A stretch of DNA of 64,000 nucleotides from Tubiluchus corallicola. Its lineage: Eukaryota > Animalia > Priapulida. Shown here in pieces: positions 1 to 16,540 of this stretch (position 1 is its first letter; every line of letters starts with the position of its first letter). The translations under genes and the position numbers were made by a program. Where the stretch lies: positions 1 to 64,000 of the forward strand of contig JAQGDQ010000985.1 of the NCBI GenBank assembly GCA_030141605.1, given 5' to 3'. The notes beneath the pieces were generated by a model. It did no database searches and was not told the origin of the DNA. It was given only the letters and a program-made list of their open reading frames with translations.

Positions 1-54
1 ACAATACGTAATAAAGCTAGATGTGCTGGATTTCAGTTACGTATTTATTGCTAA

Positions 55-78
55 ATAGATGGAGAGATAGATAGATAA

Positions 79-160
<82 letters not shown>

Positions 161-195
161 TAATTGATTGATAGACAGACAGACACAGATAAAAT
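55..195. repeat. (GATA)n microsatellite
   Basis: Long run of GATA/GACA units; explains the spurious ORF 51..419. Confidence 0.95.
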
Positions 196-344
196 AGATG
201 ATAGGTAAAATGAAATAGATTATATTTTATTCCTTGAAAAAAATTAGACTTAATTACTGCTTCAACTTGGGAAGTAGTAAACATAAGAATGCATAGATTT
301 ACAACCATTTTACATGTAATACATGTTGATGCAATTTTTTGTAG

Positions 345-3300
345 GTCGATACCTGCAGGACCACACAGTTTTCTACTAAACATGATTATCAGTTTAGTCG
401 GGTTTAATGCTTTCTTCATTGCTGGTGTTGACAGCGTGTATGATGAGGTAAATATGTTGTATGTTTATTTTTCAGAACTTTGTTATTATTCACAGGGACG
501 TATCAAGACTTTACGATACCCTAAGCAGATTGTTTTGTCCCGCGAATCTCTATTGTGTATTTATGGTTGTTTATGTAATGAGCAGATTAAATAATTACTT
601 GTGGTATATTAGAAACACTGGGTTCTGTGTAGTCATCATTAATTACACGTATTTGCATAGCGCTTATATTTAAGCAGGCTGCGCAACTGCTTGTTGTGTA
701 ATACCATGCCTTGTTCGTTGTGACAGCTATAACGTTCAACAACTGCCTGTGGTGTGTTATAAAATGTGCCTTTTACATGCATATGACAGCATGCACGTTT
801 TCCGAGAATAAATACTTTTTTCTAAAATGTGACGCCCAGCAAATTTGGCGCCCTAGGCTATAGGCTAGTTAGCCTATTGGTTAATATGCCCCTGACTATT
901 CATGTTTATTGATAGTTTTTGTACATAAAAATATGTTATTTTTAAAGTGAGTTTTTGCACAATTTTAGTCAGTTACACTTTAGCTGACTTACAATTGTTA
1001 TACTTTAGAAACTGTGCGAGGTAACAGCTATCTTCTTGGACTACTTCACTTTGGTGGCATTTTCTAGCTTGCTAGGAATGGGTGTATTTATCGTGCTGTA
1101 TTCGTATGGGAAATTTCATGACAAAGTGTTTCCCTTGGTTATAGGACTAATTGCGTTGTCTTGGGGTGAGGCAATTTTGGCATAAATGTAATTTAATAGC
1201 TCTTATATCAGTAGAAATATCGTTTTGCATTTTTTGCTTTTCTCATTTTTATGAATGATACGCACAAAGTTATTCTTTTGAAATGGTCAAATATGATTTG
1301 CGTGGCATTTAGAAAGCATTTCAATATAAAAACACCCTTTTGTCTTATCAAATTTATTTGTTTTTTAATTTTTTAGTTTTCTCCATGCTTCCTGTCGGAT
1401 TTTCCCTGATTGCCGTAAATGCTGAAAATTATGGAGCACAACATCAGTAAGTGGAATGATTAATTTTTGATGACGATGATTGTAATAAATGTAATTTTGA
1501 TAGCGACGATAGAGGTGATGATAATGATGATGATGACTGTGTGAAACTGCTTCATTTTGTTAACGATGATAGAGGTGATGGTAATGATTGTGGTAACTGT
1601 GTGAAACTGCTTCATTTTGATGACGATGATAGAGGTGATGGTAATGGTAACTGTGTGAAACTGCTTTATTTTGATAACGATGATAGAGGTGATGGTAATG
1701 ATTGTGGTAACTGTGTGAAACTGCTTCATTTTGATGATGATGATAGAGGTGATGATAATGATGTTGATGACTATGTGAAACTGCTTCATTTTGTTAATGA
1801 TGATAGAGATGATTGATAATAGCGATGTTGATAACTGTGTGAAACTGCTTCATTTTGATGACGATGATAGAGGTGATGGTAATGATTGTGGTAATTGTGT
1901 GAAACTGCTTCATGTTGTTGACGATGATAGAGGTGATGGTAATGATGTTGATAGCTGTGTGGAACAGCTTCATTTTGATGATGATGATAGAGATGATGAT
2001 AATGATATTGATGACTGTGTGAAATAGTTTAAATTTGATGATGATAGTGATGATGGTAAAGACAGATGATGACCACGTGATAGTGATGGCAGTGATGGAA
2101 CATGCCGGTAACTGTTGGTGGTATCTAAAGCACTGCTAGGACAATTTTTGTACAGAAATTCATTAATGCACGCTTGTTAAAAATGTTCGTATTTTTCCAT
2201 TATTTCAGTTGCTGGATTGAACTAGAATCATTGGTACTATTGTCTTCAGCTATTCCTATTGGTGTTTTCTTAATTGTAAGTATTTTGCACGTGCTATTAC
2301 CTAGTTTTTCAAATTATCCTTAATTATTATTTTGATAATGCAACCGGAAGTGAAAAAATTGATTTTTCACAAGAGTGTATGAAACTTAACACCAAGTTAG
2401 TAATGGCTTTAAAACATTATGAGTCACCGTTGAGTAAACAGTATTAGATAACATTTGTTTTTGCTAATAGGTGATAGTGATTGGTGCTGTGGCTGCTGCA
2501 ATGAAGTTGACTTCCGCTCCAACCGATGATGCGGAGACGGTTCATTTTAAGTAAGTTCTTTAGTTTTCTTTCCAATGGCGGCTCGTAGCTAGAATTACTG
2601 AGGTGTTGTTTCAGAACATTTTTGACCATTGTTTGTTTTAGTACTGTGTAAAGCGAAACAAACATATGTAATTTTAATGTTGTAATATCTAATTTTAAAC
2701 AAACAAACAAACATGAAAACTTGATAAAATCTTAAACAAAAAATATTGTTTGCTTACGAATAGCCCTAATTGTCGCAGTTCAAGAATATGCTTTCAAGCA
2801 CGTGACATCTGGCAACAGACACTGCATGAGCGCCAGTACTCTTTCTACCTAAAATGCAACGTCTTATTTTAGAGGCGCATGCGCAGAAGAGCCATACACG
2901 ACATTGCATGAGCTGTGAGCGCACTGTGCTGGGCTGTCAGGCAATCAGTACTACCATCTCAAGCATAAAAAAGAACTAAAGAAAAAAGACTTACTATATT
3001 GAATGTTATCGATAATATTGAGTGAAAATACGGGGAGCTCTAATTCCACAATACCTATGCACCGCCACTGTTTCTTCGGATATTTGAAAGTCGCCTTGCT
3101 TCACTTTTGAACATTCCTCGCTGAACATTGTTACTGCAATGCTCACACAGTGCGGCGCATGTGCAAACAAGATACTGGTTCTAGAGTAACGCAATGCATT
3201 GGCAGTTAGAAAAAAATAAGAATCTTTTGACAACAAGGGCTGAGTTGAGTTGGAGCAATTGTAGTGTATAGTTTTATATAGAAATTGCATTATATGAACC

Positions 3301-6300
3301 ATTTCTTGTTTAGCAAAGTTTTTGTTATCAAGTCTAATTTACATCTGCATATCTGATTGGTTTTAGGTGTATAATTCTGAATAACAGACTTATTTGTTAC
3401 AGTATTTATTAGCTCACAATGTGATTGTTTATCTAATAAGATTGACGTAGGTGTATTTTTGAGTACAGAATCGCAACAATGATCAAGTTTCTCTGTAGAA
3501 AAAGTATCGTCGTTGTAGGCCTATGAATATTCTGACATTATAGTGCTATGATAATAGGCCTTTTCACAGTTTTGTTGTGCATACGCACTCAAAGGTTAAG
3601 TGTATAATTTGCAATAATGTGTGTAAAGCAAAGCCGTCTGTCACACAGTTCAGTAAGTTCAGTTGTTTTACATTGGCTTTATTTAATTATGCATTAGTCT
3701 CTGCATAGAGTGATTTACCAGCAGGATCTTGGTTGGGAACAAGAAAAAATAAACTAGGTAAGGTTCTAGCTAGCGGCTAAAACTGTTGCTATTATAATAG
3801 TATGGACTGTGAGGCATTGTCAAGTGTAAACAAATGCGTTGTCTGGTACACTTAACCTTTGACATTTTCACGATCATCATCAATCGCTGGAAGTGTGAAA
3901 AGACTTATTGTAGTCAATCAGGAATAGGCTACTACTTCAGTTTACATGGCATGTATTGTTTACTGCAAACAAGCAGTTTGAGTTTTTAAAATGAAAACAC
4001 GTTCTTCATGTTTTTATAGACATTCTATTATGGTATTATTGGTGTTGACAACAATGATGATCGTAACGTGGATAATGGGTATCATGGCAGTTGACCGCAG
4101 GCTAGAGGCATTCGAGTGGGTTTTTGGAATCATGAATTGTTTACTGGCTGTTCTTGTATTTGCTGCAACTGTCCTGGTATCTAAAGAGGTAAAAGTTCTT
4201 CCAACTCTCTGTAAACCATTGGTATTGGTCAGTTTTTGGTCCAAACTGAAAACTTCTGCTCTGAAGTTAGATGATGTGAATTAAATACTTTTGTATATAA
4301 TTGCTGCTGAGTGTCTTAAAAGTATTTCTTTCAATTTACTATAATGAAAAAGACACCAAAAGTACTTAGTAGAAAGTAGCAAACAAACGAATTTTATCAC
4401 TGCACAACATGATACAACACAATACAGCATTAGACATACTTTGTACATGTATACTTTGTACTTTGTTACGCCTCTCTTCACATAACCTAGCTATTGAGAC
4501 TGGAAGATGGGCAAGGATAAAAAGAGAAGACAGGCTATGCTCCCGTCCTGGCTTAAACATTCAAACAGAAGAGCATGTTATCTGTTTTTGTCCACTTACG
4601 AATCACCTTCGTGAAGATAACACTGAACTGAACTTCAACGATCTGCATGAATTTTTCAATGGAAACCCAATGTCATATTGTGAATTTGTAAATAACTGTT
4701 TAGCGATTTTTGGACAGTAATGATCATGTTATGTGATCAAAAGTGTTTATCGTGAATTGGTAAATAACCCTTGAGCTGTTTTTTGGACAGTAATGATCAT
4801 GTTAGGCGATAATAAGTGTGTAGTGAGAATTTGTAAATAATTCTTCAGTTATTTTTTGACAGTAATGATCATGTTATATGATCAAAAGTCCTTTTTTGTA
4901 GTAATCTATGGACTGAACCAAAATATCATGTTCGACTATCTCTTAATCAGTCAATCAGTCAATAAACAATATATATATATAAATTGCCAGAGTCTAAGAG
5001 TTATACACATACCAGATGCACCACAGTCAAACCTTAACTTGTAAGCAACTCAGTCTATTGAGTACAGCGTTACATACTAGTACAATGACTTTTAAAAAGT
5101 AAAATTTTTACTTTAATCGAACATGAGCCGAATTTTCTAATTAAAGAGTTCACTCTCACATAAACCAAGCTTGTCTGGTTTTTATATCAGCATTGTCAGA
5201 TAAACTCGAGCAGATTATATGGTCCGGATATTTTCCTCATGGCTTACAGGAAGCGTTCGACCATTTAGAAACGTCTTAGCAGGTATAACATGCTTAAAGC
5301 AAAACCGGATCCAATCTTAAATTGTAGGTCAAAATAATCTACTCTTTGAAAGGAAACACTTTTTTTTCTAAAATAACTTATCTGAAAGAATTATTACCAC
5401 ACAAACACAATTTCACGTTCACACCACTAGTTCTTCGCTGTTACATGCATTTTGCCATTCTCTAGTTAGGCGTGCACAAATGCTTACATTTCAGAAGCGC
5501 ATTGCACAAATCACAGGTGCAGTACCTCTCAGTTCAGCTGTATTAGTCTCTGACCTATTGCACACGCTCGACCGCTCATACGTGAGCACAGCGGTAAATT
5601 TGAAATTTGAATTTTTATCTTAAAATTTGCCTAGTTTTAGTACAACACACTGAATATCTTGCAGCAGCACCGTACTTCAATTTTCGCTTTCGTAAACACG
5701 TGCAACACGCTCATGGAATATTTTTGCTCATGAAAATTATGTTAGTTTGTGATGTCATCAATAGTTGGGCTCGCCCGCCGCTGATTAAGTTTTTAATCTA
5801 TTTTTAATTATCATAAATGCTTTTGTACTATTAATTATGTAATATGGTAGTATTTGAAAAATCATCCTGTCTTCCCTTAATCAGTTGACAGCATTATGTG
5901 TTCTCTTATAGTTTGAAAATTGATCAGTCACGAATTTTTAATGGAAACCATGCTTTTCTAGGTACTTGAAATTGTTAAAGATTATTCTGACAGCACAACT
6001 GAACTGTCTGACGGAAATGAAAGCCCTGGTAGTTACAGAGGTAAATCGACTATTTATTTTGATGAGCAAGCATATACTATAAATATTCTTTGCTGATAGG
6101 TTTCTGGTATTTTAGACTTTAATTTCAACCTTTACTAGTTTTAGCTATGTATAATAGCTAATTTAAATGAAATATGTTTTTAAGGCTGATCACTCTAGAT
6201 CATCAATGGAATCAAATTCAGAAATTTTGATTGTGCTTTCTTACTGTTTGCAGGCTCAATTGTTAAATCATAATGTTTCGATAAGATAGAGAAACAAAAA

Positions 6301-9045
6301 AAAGATTTTTTTTAAGCTAATAGTAGATATAGTGTCACTTGAAATATTGCAGAAATGTTAGCAGTCCACACATACAATTATCCACATTTGTTTTAACTTA
6401 AATGCCATCTTAAAATAAGATTATTTTCCAGGGCAAAATTTGCGTCTTGGAAGTGAGAGTGTTCGAACGAATGATTACGTAGTAGGTGGTTACTATGACG
6501 ACGATTACTCACGTTCAAATCTAAATACTCCAATAGATACTAACAGTATTCACCAGACCGGGTACAGCCGGAAATCCGGTACTTCAGCTGTAAATGTAAG
6601 TTGTAACATTAAAAAATCAGAATGTAAGGTACTGTGTAATCTTCTGCAGCCTTTTGAATGCTTGATGATTCAGGAGATCCAACTTTTACATCTTAACTCT
6701 TGTACTTTCATTTCAAATGACTGAGTGATGCTGTAATTTTGACTGTGGCTCATGTGACTTTTTACAATTTAAAACGAAGATAAGTTAATTAATAAAGCTA
6801 CAGTAATTTTTCACTGAAAGACATTAAACTTTAAGTACTAGTATCACTAAAGTAAAACCGAATCCTCATGAAATGGTGTTTTAGACACTTTATTTCTTTT
6901 TATTTAATCAGTCAACAAGGACCACAAAGTGCAACACAAAAATAATACGTGTCTTGACATAGAAATAATTGAAAGTGAGATGTAAAAACAAGATAAAAAA
7001 TATTACAAATTTAATACAACAAATTCTTTTTAGTTTAATTAACATCCTGTGTCAATACATCATAAACACAGACAACATCTAAGTAGAGAAAAGTGCTCTT
7101 TATGGTCTCAAAGATTGTAGTATTTGTTCAGTAGCTTTCACCCTAGCGGGCCTCATCAGCTGAATAGAAAGTGCTGGTAACTTGAGAGTGCTTTGTTTAT
7201 AGTTACCAAGTCAAGTTACCAGCAGTTTCTATTCAGCTGATGAGACCCGCTAGGACGAAGGCTATTGAATAAATATTATAATCTTTGAGACTATAAAGGA
7301 CATTACGTTTTTCTCTGTTAATGATGGCAAGTCTAAGGAGAGCTCTCTCGTATCTCAATATCCAAGTATTCGTGTTGTACGTAAGATCGAATATCAACGC
7401 TTCATAGCTCTATTTATAGTTAGAAAAAATACACTGTCAAAGACTATGTACACATGCTTAAAGTCACTCTAAAATCACGTACAAAATTACTACAACCTAT
7501 AGACGAGGCTAAAGCATCACATTGGAAACTGAAAAATTTCCTCTTTAGTAAAATAGCAAACTGATTGCAGTATGCGAAAGGTATAGGTAATTAATTATAT
7601 TCGAAATAATTTCGGGAAAACAACAAGTTTATTGAGCGTAAATGATCGTTTTGACTGTAACAGTCATTATCAATACTATAAATTAAGCCAAAAAAGGAAT
7701 AATTAGTACAGTGTTGATACTAAAATACTAAGGCACAAAGTGCCATTTCAAATCAAAATAGTAGAATTTTAAATTGTCAAAACAAACGTGATATAATTAT
7801 AAAAAATTGTGAATTTTGACAATTTAGAATTCTACTCGTTTGATTGGTAATGACATTTTCTGCCTCAGTATTTTAATTAATATTTATTTTAATTAGTATC
7901 ATCAATGTACTAATGATTGCCTTTTTGGCTTGATTATAGTATTGACTGTTATGATCGATCGTCTATGCTCAATAAACACGTTGATTCATAGAGGCTGGCT
8001 CTTTCATGTATTTAATTTCGTAAAAATTTATTTATCAACTAAGCCTTGATATTAATGATATTTTTCTACACAGCAAAGCTATATTAATACACTTCACCAT
8101 TTTGTCTGGCACGTCTAGTTTTTAATTTTGCTGAACGTATCGAAAACCTAATAGTAATGCAAATTAATTTTTTAACACATGAAAGAAAATCTTCTTAGTA
8201 TTATTTTCAAAAAATTCTGTTCATTGGTTTTATAAATTACTGTTAGTTTGTAATATAATGATCATTTTAAATTTGAATTATACTTGGAAAGCATCCTTAA
8301 ACACTAGACATTCAGTAATGAAGTCGGACAAACGTGCACTAACATTCCATTCACATTTCTGTTACTTATAAATAAACTTGTGATCACTTACTGTTATTCA
8401 CTGTTTTCGTGAGTAATTGTGTAATCGATTTTATATATAAAGCCAGTTTTCAATCTTAACTGGAACAAAGTCTTGTTTCTTATGTTCCCGAAAGTTTGAT
8501 AATTAATTTTGCAAAGTCTTTAAAATTGGATTAACTTCCTTATAATATTAATGTTATTAATGTCAGATGTTTTTATTAAAATGCTCATTTTAGTAACTTT
8601 GCTTGCAATAAATTGATTTTGCTTTGCTGTCGTCAACAATTTGGTGTCAGAACGCCGCCTGTTGTTCAGAAAGCAGCTTCATAACTTGCATTACTTTCAG
8701 GCTTTCAACTATTTGTGGCAAGAAGATACGGTGAACGGAAGACATTCGGGTTTGAATACCAATCGCCGCGAAGAGGATCCATATTCGTTTCATCAAAAGC
8801 ACAGTCAGAGTGCTCCCTCGATGCACAGCATCAATTCTGAGCCCGTATCCAGCGTTGATCTGTTAGATGAGCTGGAACCGGATCAGAAACCTCTAAAACG
8901 ATTTACAAGTTTGCGAGAAGATAACACCATTAAACCGTTGTACGAACAACCAACGTTTAAACTACCTGATTATAAATACGGTGAACCATATGTTGTGGAG
9001 AAAAATATCCCAAGGATTAATCCTAACAACCTTAGCAATATGTAA
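345..9045 (+). CDS. Adhesion/secretin-class GPCR 'gene A', 3' part (TM2-TM7 plus cytoplasmic tail); 5' exons lie upstream of the window
   Basis: Nine GT-AG exons joining in frame: 345-447, 1009-1165, 1377-1446, 2209-2275, 2471-2550, 4020-4188, 5962-6040, 6432-6595, 8701-9045 (TAA). Translation includes KLCEVTAIFLDYFTL (TM3), ENYGAQHHCWIE (ECL2 YG..CW), IVTWIMG (TM6), FEWVFGIMNCL (TM7) and SKEV (helix 8), all typical of 7tm_2 aGPCRs. Confidence 0.88.
1480..2050. repeat. ~60-bp intronic minisatellite (~9 copies)
   Basis: Unit GTGAAACTGCTTCATTTTGATGACGATGATAGAGGTGATGGTAATGATTGTGGTAACTGT repeated, with one 54-bp variant. Confidence 0.9.
3553..3909. mobile_element. Non-autonomous DNA transposon (MITE), family 1, copy 1
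   Basis: TIRs AATAGGCCTTTTCACA / TGTGAAAAGACTTATT; homologous copy at 29909-30286. Confidence 0.75.
4466..4900 (+). mobile_element. Non-LTR retrotransposon 3' fragment (RTEX/L2-like ORF2 C-terminus)
   Basis: LRLSSHNLAIETGRW...RLC...EEHVICFCP is the C-terminal signature of LINE ORF2; followed by a short three-fold repeat GACAGTAATGATCATGTTA. Confidence 0.75.
5294..5880. mobile_element. TTAA-flanked non-autonomous DNA element (Kolobok/piggyBac-like), family 2, copy 1
   Basis: Begins TTAAAGCAAAACCGG, ends CCTGTCTTCCCTTAA; homologous over its length to 50628-51251 and partly to 49538-50196. Confidence 0.7.
7125..7166 (-). ncRNA. Minimal type I hammerhead ribozyme-like motif
   Basis: Minus strand reads TATTCAG|CTGATGA|GGCCCGCTAGGGT|GAAA|GC|TA|CTGAACA. 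Confidence 0.55.
7230..7271 (+). ncRNA. Minimal type I hammerhead ribozyme-like motif (degenerate core GAAG)
   Basis: TATTCAG|CTGATGA|GACCCGCTAGGAC|GAAG|GC|TA|TTGAATA; stem I arms are complementary with one G-U pair. Confidence 0.55.
7622..7983. repeat. Long imperfect inverted repeat (foldback/MITE-like)
   Basis: Arms of ~160 bp: GTTTATTGAGC...AAGCCAAAAAAGG...GTAGAATTTTAAATTGTCAAAA versus TTTTGACAATTTAGAATTCTAC...CCTTTTTGGCTT...GCTCAATAAAC. Confidence 0.75.
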
Positions 9046-10965
9046 TTCTCATTGTGACAACCGATTAGCTAAAATATCACGGCTGTTACTTACGATTTTT
9101 TTAGAATGTCTACCGCTTTAAGGTTCTTATTACGGTGTTTTTTCCTGGGTAAATAGTACTAAGTACTGCAGATACACGTGTATATTATTTTGCAGGCCTA
9201 TTTAAGATTTTTCTTCAATTGTATTGGCGTGTTGCAAGTGCTTGTGGCGCCCGGGGATAGAAAAACTTCTGGCGCGCTACCCTTTTAATGTTTTGATCAT
9301 TTGTTTGCTGGGTGAAGTCACAAATTGTGCGCGTTTTTTGCGTCCGAGTCCAACCTTCCCTTTTTGACATGATGGGATAAAGATAAACGATTTTTTTCTA
9401 AGAATCGCCGAGTCTGATTTGCAGTACTGTCGCAGAGTAACTCTTTTCTACGCATTAGTTGCGCATAACATGACAGTCCATAAACATTCAAGATTATGAA
9501 AGATTCAGAACCTACAGGTTTTCACAATAATACAATCAGCACTTAAAGAAACGTCACTGTTTCTCCCAAAATTATCAATCTACTAAGCCACACGACACCC
9601 TACACAGGCCGTTAAGTAACACCATTAGCCTTTTTCTAGGCTGTATGTAGTAACTAATTAAGTCAGCTAGGGTGATCTCTGATCACTCAATTTTCCTGTA
9701 TTTCGAAAACTTTTGTTAATTGTTTTGTTAATGTCGAATTAGTTATTAATAATTAACAATCATTGAACTCTAGAAGAATTTTGCGTTCCCTCACCCTTGC
9801 GCATGTTGGCGATTGTCCCCACCCCCCGTTGCCCCACTACGCCTCTGTGTAATTGTTAGGAACTTGTAATTCTTGGTATGGACAATGTTGCAAGTGATTA
9901 AATGTAAAAATTACCAGTTCAATGCCAAGTTGTGATAGAATACAGTCAATTTATATCAATCGTGTTTTAGGAGTGAACGTTGCATTGTAACTGTAAATGA
10001 AATGTAAAGTATATGAACCGATGGACTAGTCGTATTTAATGATGTGGACGGTCCACGAGAGGAAAAGGCAAGGTCCCTTGCTTAGATATACCTAATTACT
10101 ACTGATTATTACTGTGATAATGAACAATTTACAACATTATACTATGAATTATGAAAAGCGATTTATTTTTTTTATGACTGTTTTAGTATACCAGCGATTT
10201 TGTGTTTGTTGATAAATCTCGTTTATTTAGCATCTGTACCGTTTCACAACAGTACTGATTATCGCAGCATTGAATGTATTTGGTGTTAAAACTTTAAAAC
10301 TCAAAGTACTTTTTTCCTACTTTAGCCATGTAATTGTTAATATTGCAGGCGGTTATCACTATGTAATGAAAAATGTTTCTTTATGTTTGTCCAAATATTA
10401 CGTGTATTCGTAGCATTAGGAATTTTTAGAGGGTTTAAAATAGCAGCCACATAAGATACTTTAGCCTTTTTATGGCAACTTTAATAAAAAAAAATGTATA
10501 TCTATGATTCACAGGGCATATAATATTTCAATGAATTAATAAGATAATGGTATATATATATATATGTGTGTGTGTGTTGACGTTGCCTCTTAAGTATGAC
10601 GATTTTTAAATGCAGGGTTTGCCCATTTACCTTAAATTTATATTATTTTAACTCTTATAAGGTTTTTAAATTATTTTTTTGTAAAAGCCGATGAAAACTT
10701 AACTAATGTTTTTGAATTATATAAATGTACCATTTAACCTTTTTGTGATATTAGTTATTATACTTCTGTGGATTAGAGCTCTGTCTTTATTATTATTTTA
10801 TGATTAATCCTAATTATAATAATGCATGTAACATAGCATTTTTATTTAAAAATATAAGCTGTGATAATTTCAAGCAACTAATAAATAAATATTTACAAAT
10901 TTTGCTTATTAGCTGCGTTAATTATTATTTTATACAGATATTCATTTAGATATATAGCAAAAAAA

Positions 10966-11083
10966 ACTACGGCCAAATCACGTTGAAAACACCGGTTCTC
11001 GTCTGATCACCGAAGTTAAGCATCGTAGAGCCTGGTTAGTGCTTGGATGGGTGACCGCCTAGGAATACCAGGTGCTGTAGGTT
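10966..11083 (+). rRNA. 5S rRNA-derived sequence (SINE head, probably not a functional rDNA unit)
   Basis: CTACGGCCAAATCACGTTGAAAACACCGGTTCTCGTCTGATCACCGAAGTTAAGC...TTGGATGGGTGACCGCCTAGGAATACCAGGTGCTGTAGG matches animal 5S, including boxes A and C; no oligo-T terminator follows. Confidence 0.7.
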
Positions 11084-11465
11084 TGCGGGATGCCCACACT
11101 GTATCGCGACACTAGGCGAAGGAGCTGTACAAGCAGCCAACGGCTAGAGGGTGGAGGAGGTCAAGTGACCCAACGGCCATGTGTAGAGGAGTAAACCTTC
11201 CAAATCAGGAGTGGAGCCCCGAAGGTGGACCAGTGCAGCATGCTCACTGACTCCGGCAGCTCCTGCAGCCAACCTGGTGCCAAACGTATCGCTCCGCTTT
11301 CCTTTGGACTACACCAGGGAGGAATAGAGGGGGTTCCTGCGGTCTGGGCAACTCAGGATCTCCATACACCTTGCCCAGGCGTGCGCCCTAGAGACGTTCA
11401 AGGATCGGACTCTCTTGCCGCACATTCCATTGTCTTCCGAGACAGAAGGATGCCAACAACAACAA
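10966..11465 (+). mobile_element. SINE3: full-length 5S rRNA head, GC-rich body and RTE-like tail ending (CAA)n
   Basis: 5S head at 10966-11083; tail CCATTGTCTTCCGAGACAGAAGGATGCCAACAACAACAA; a second copy with the same head-body junction lies at 26326-26633 (-). Confidence 0.85.
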
Positions 11466-11699
11466 TTTCATCTGAATGACATTCTGTACGCTAAACGCTG
11501 GAACAATCAGATAACATAAACCATTGTACTGACCAAATCTGCTTCAGCATCAAGAGCGTGAAACGTCCTAGTACGAACCAGATGGAGCCAAGAGCACGCA
11601 TGCGAATACGTGGGTAAATCACTCTTAATGGAGTCGCAACAGAAAACAGTAATCGCTATAAGCGTTGAACTAGAAGCATTCATGTTACACTAAATCATT

Positions 11700-16540
<4,841 letters not shown>

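Larger units (their letters stand above)
7098..7298. mobile_element. Palindromic Penelope-like pLTR remnant with two opposed minimal hammerhead motifs
   Basis: Arms 7098-7185 and 7211-7298 are inverted repeats; each contains TATTCAG-CTGATGA-(stem II)-GAAR-GC-TA-YTGAAYA. Confidence 0.65.

Noticed and set aside
10966-11083. Functional 5S rRNA gene (also 26515-26633)
   Set aside because: No oligo-T terminator, no tandem array, and both copies are fused to the same retroposon body and tail.
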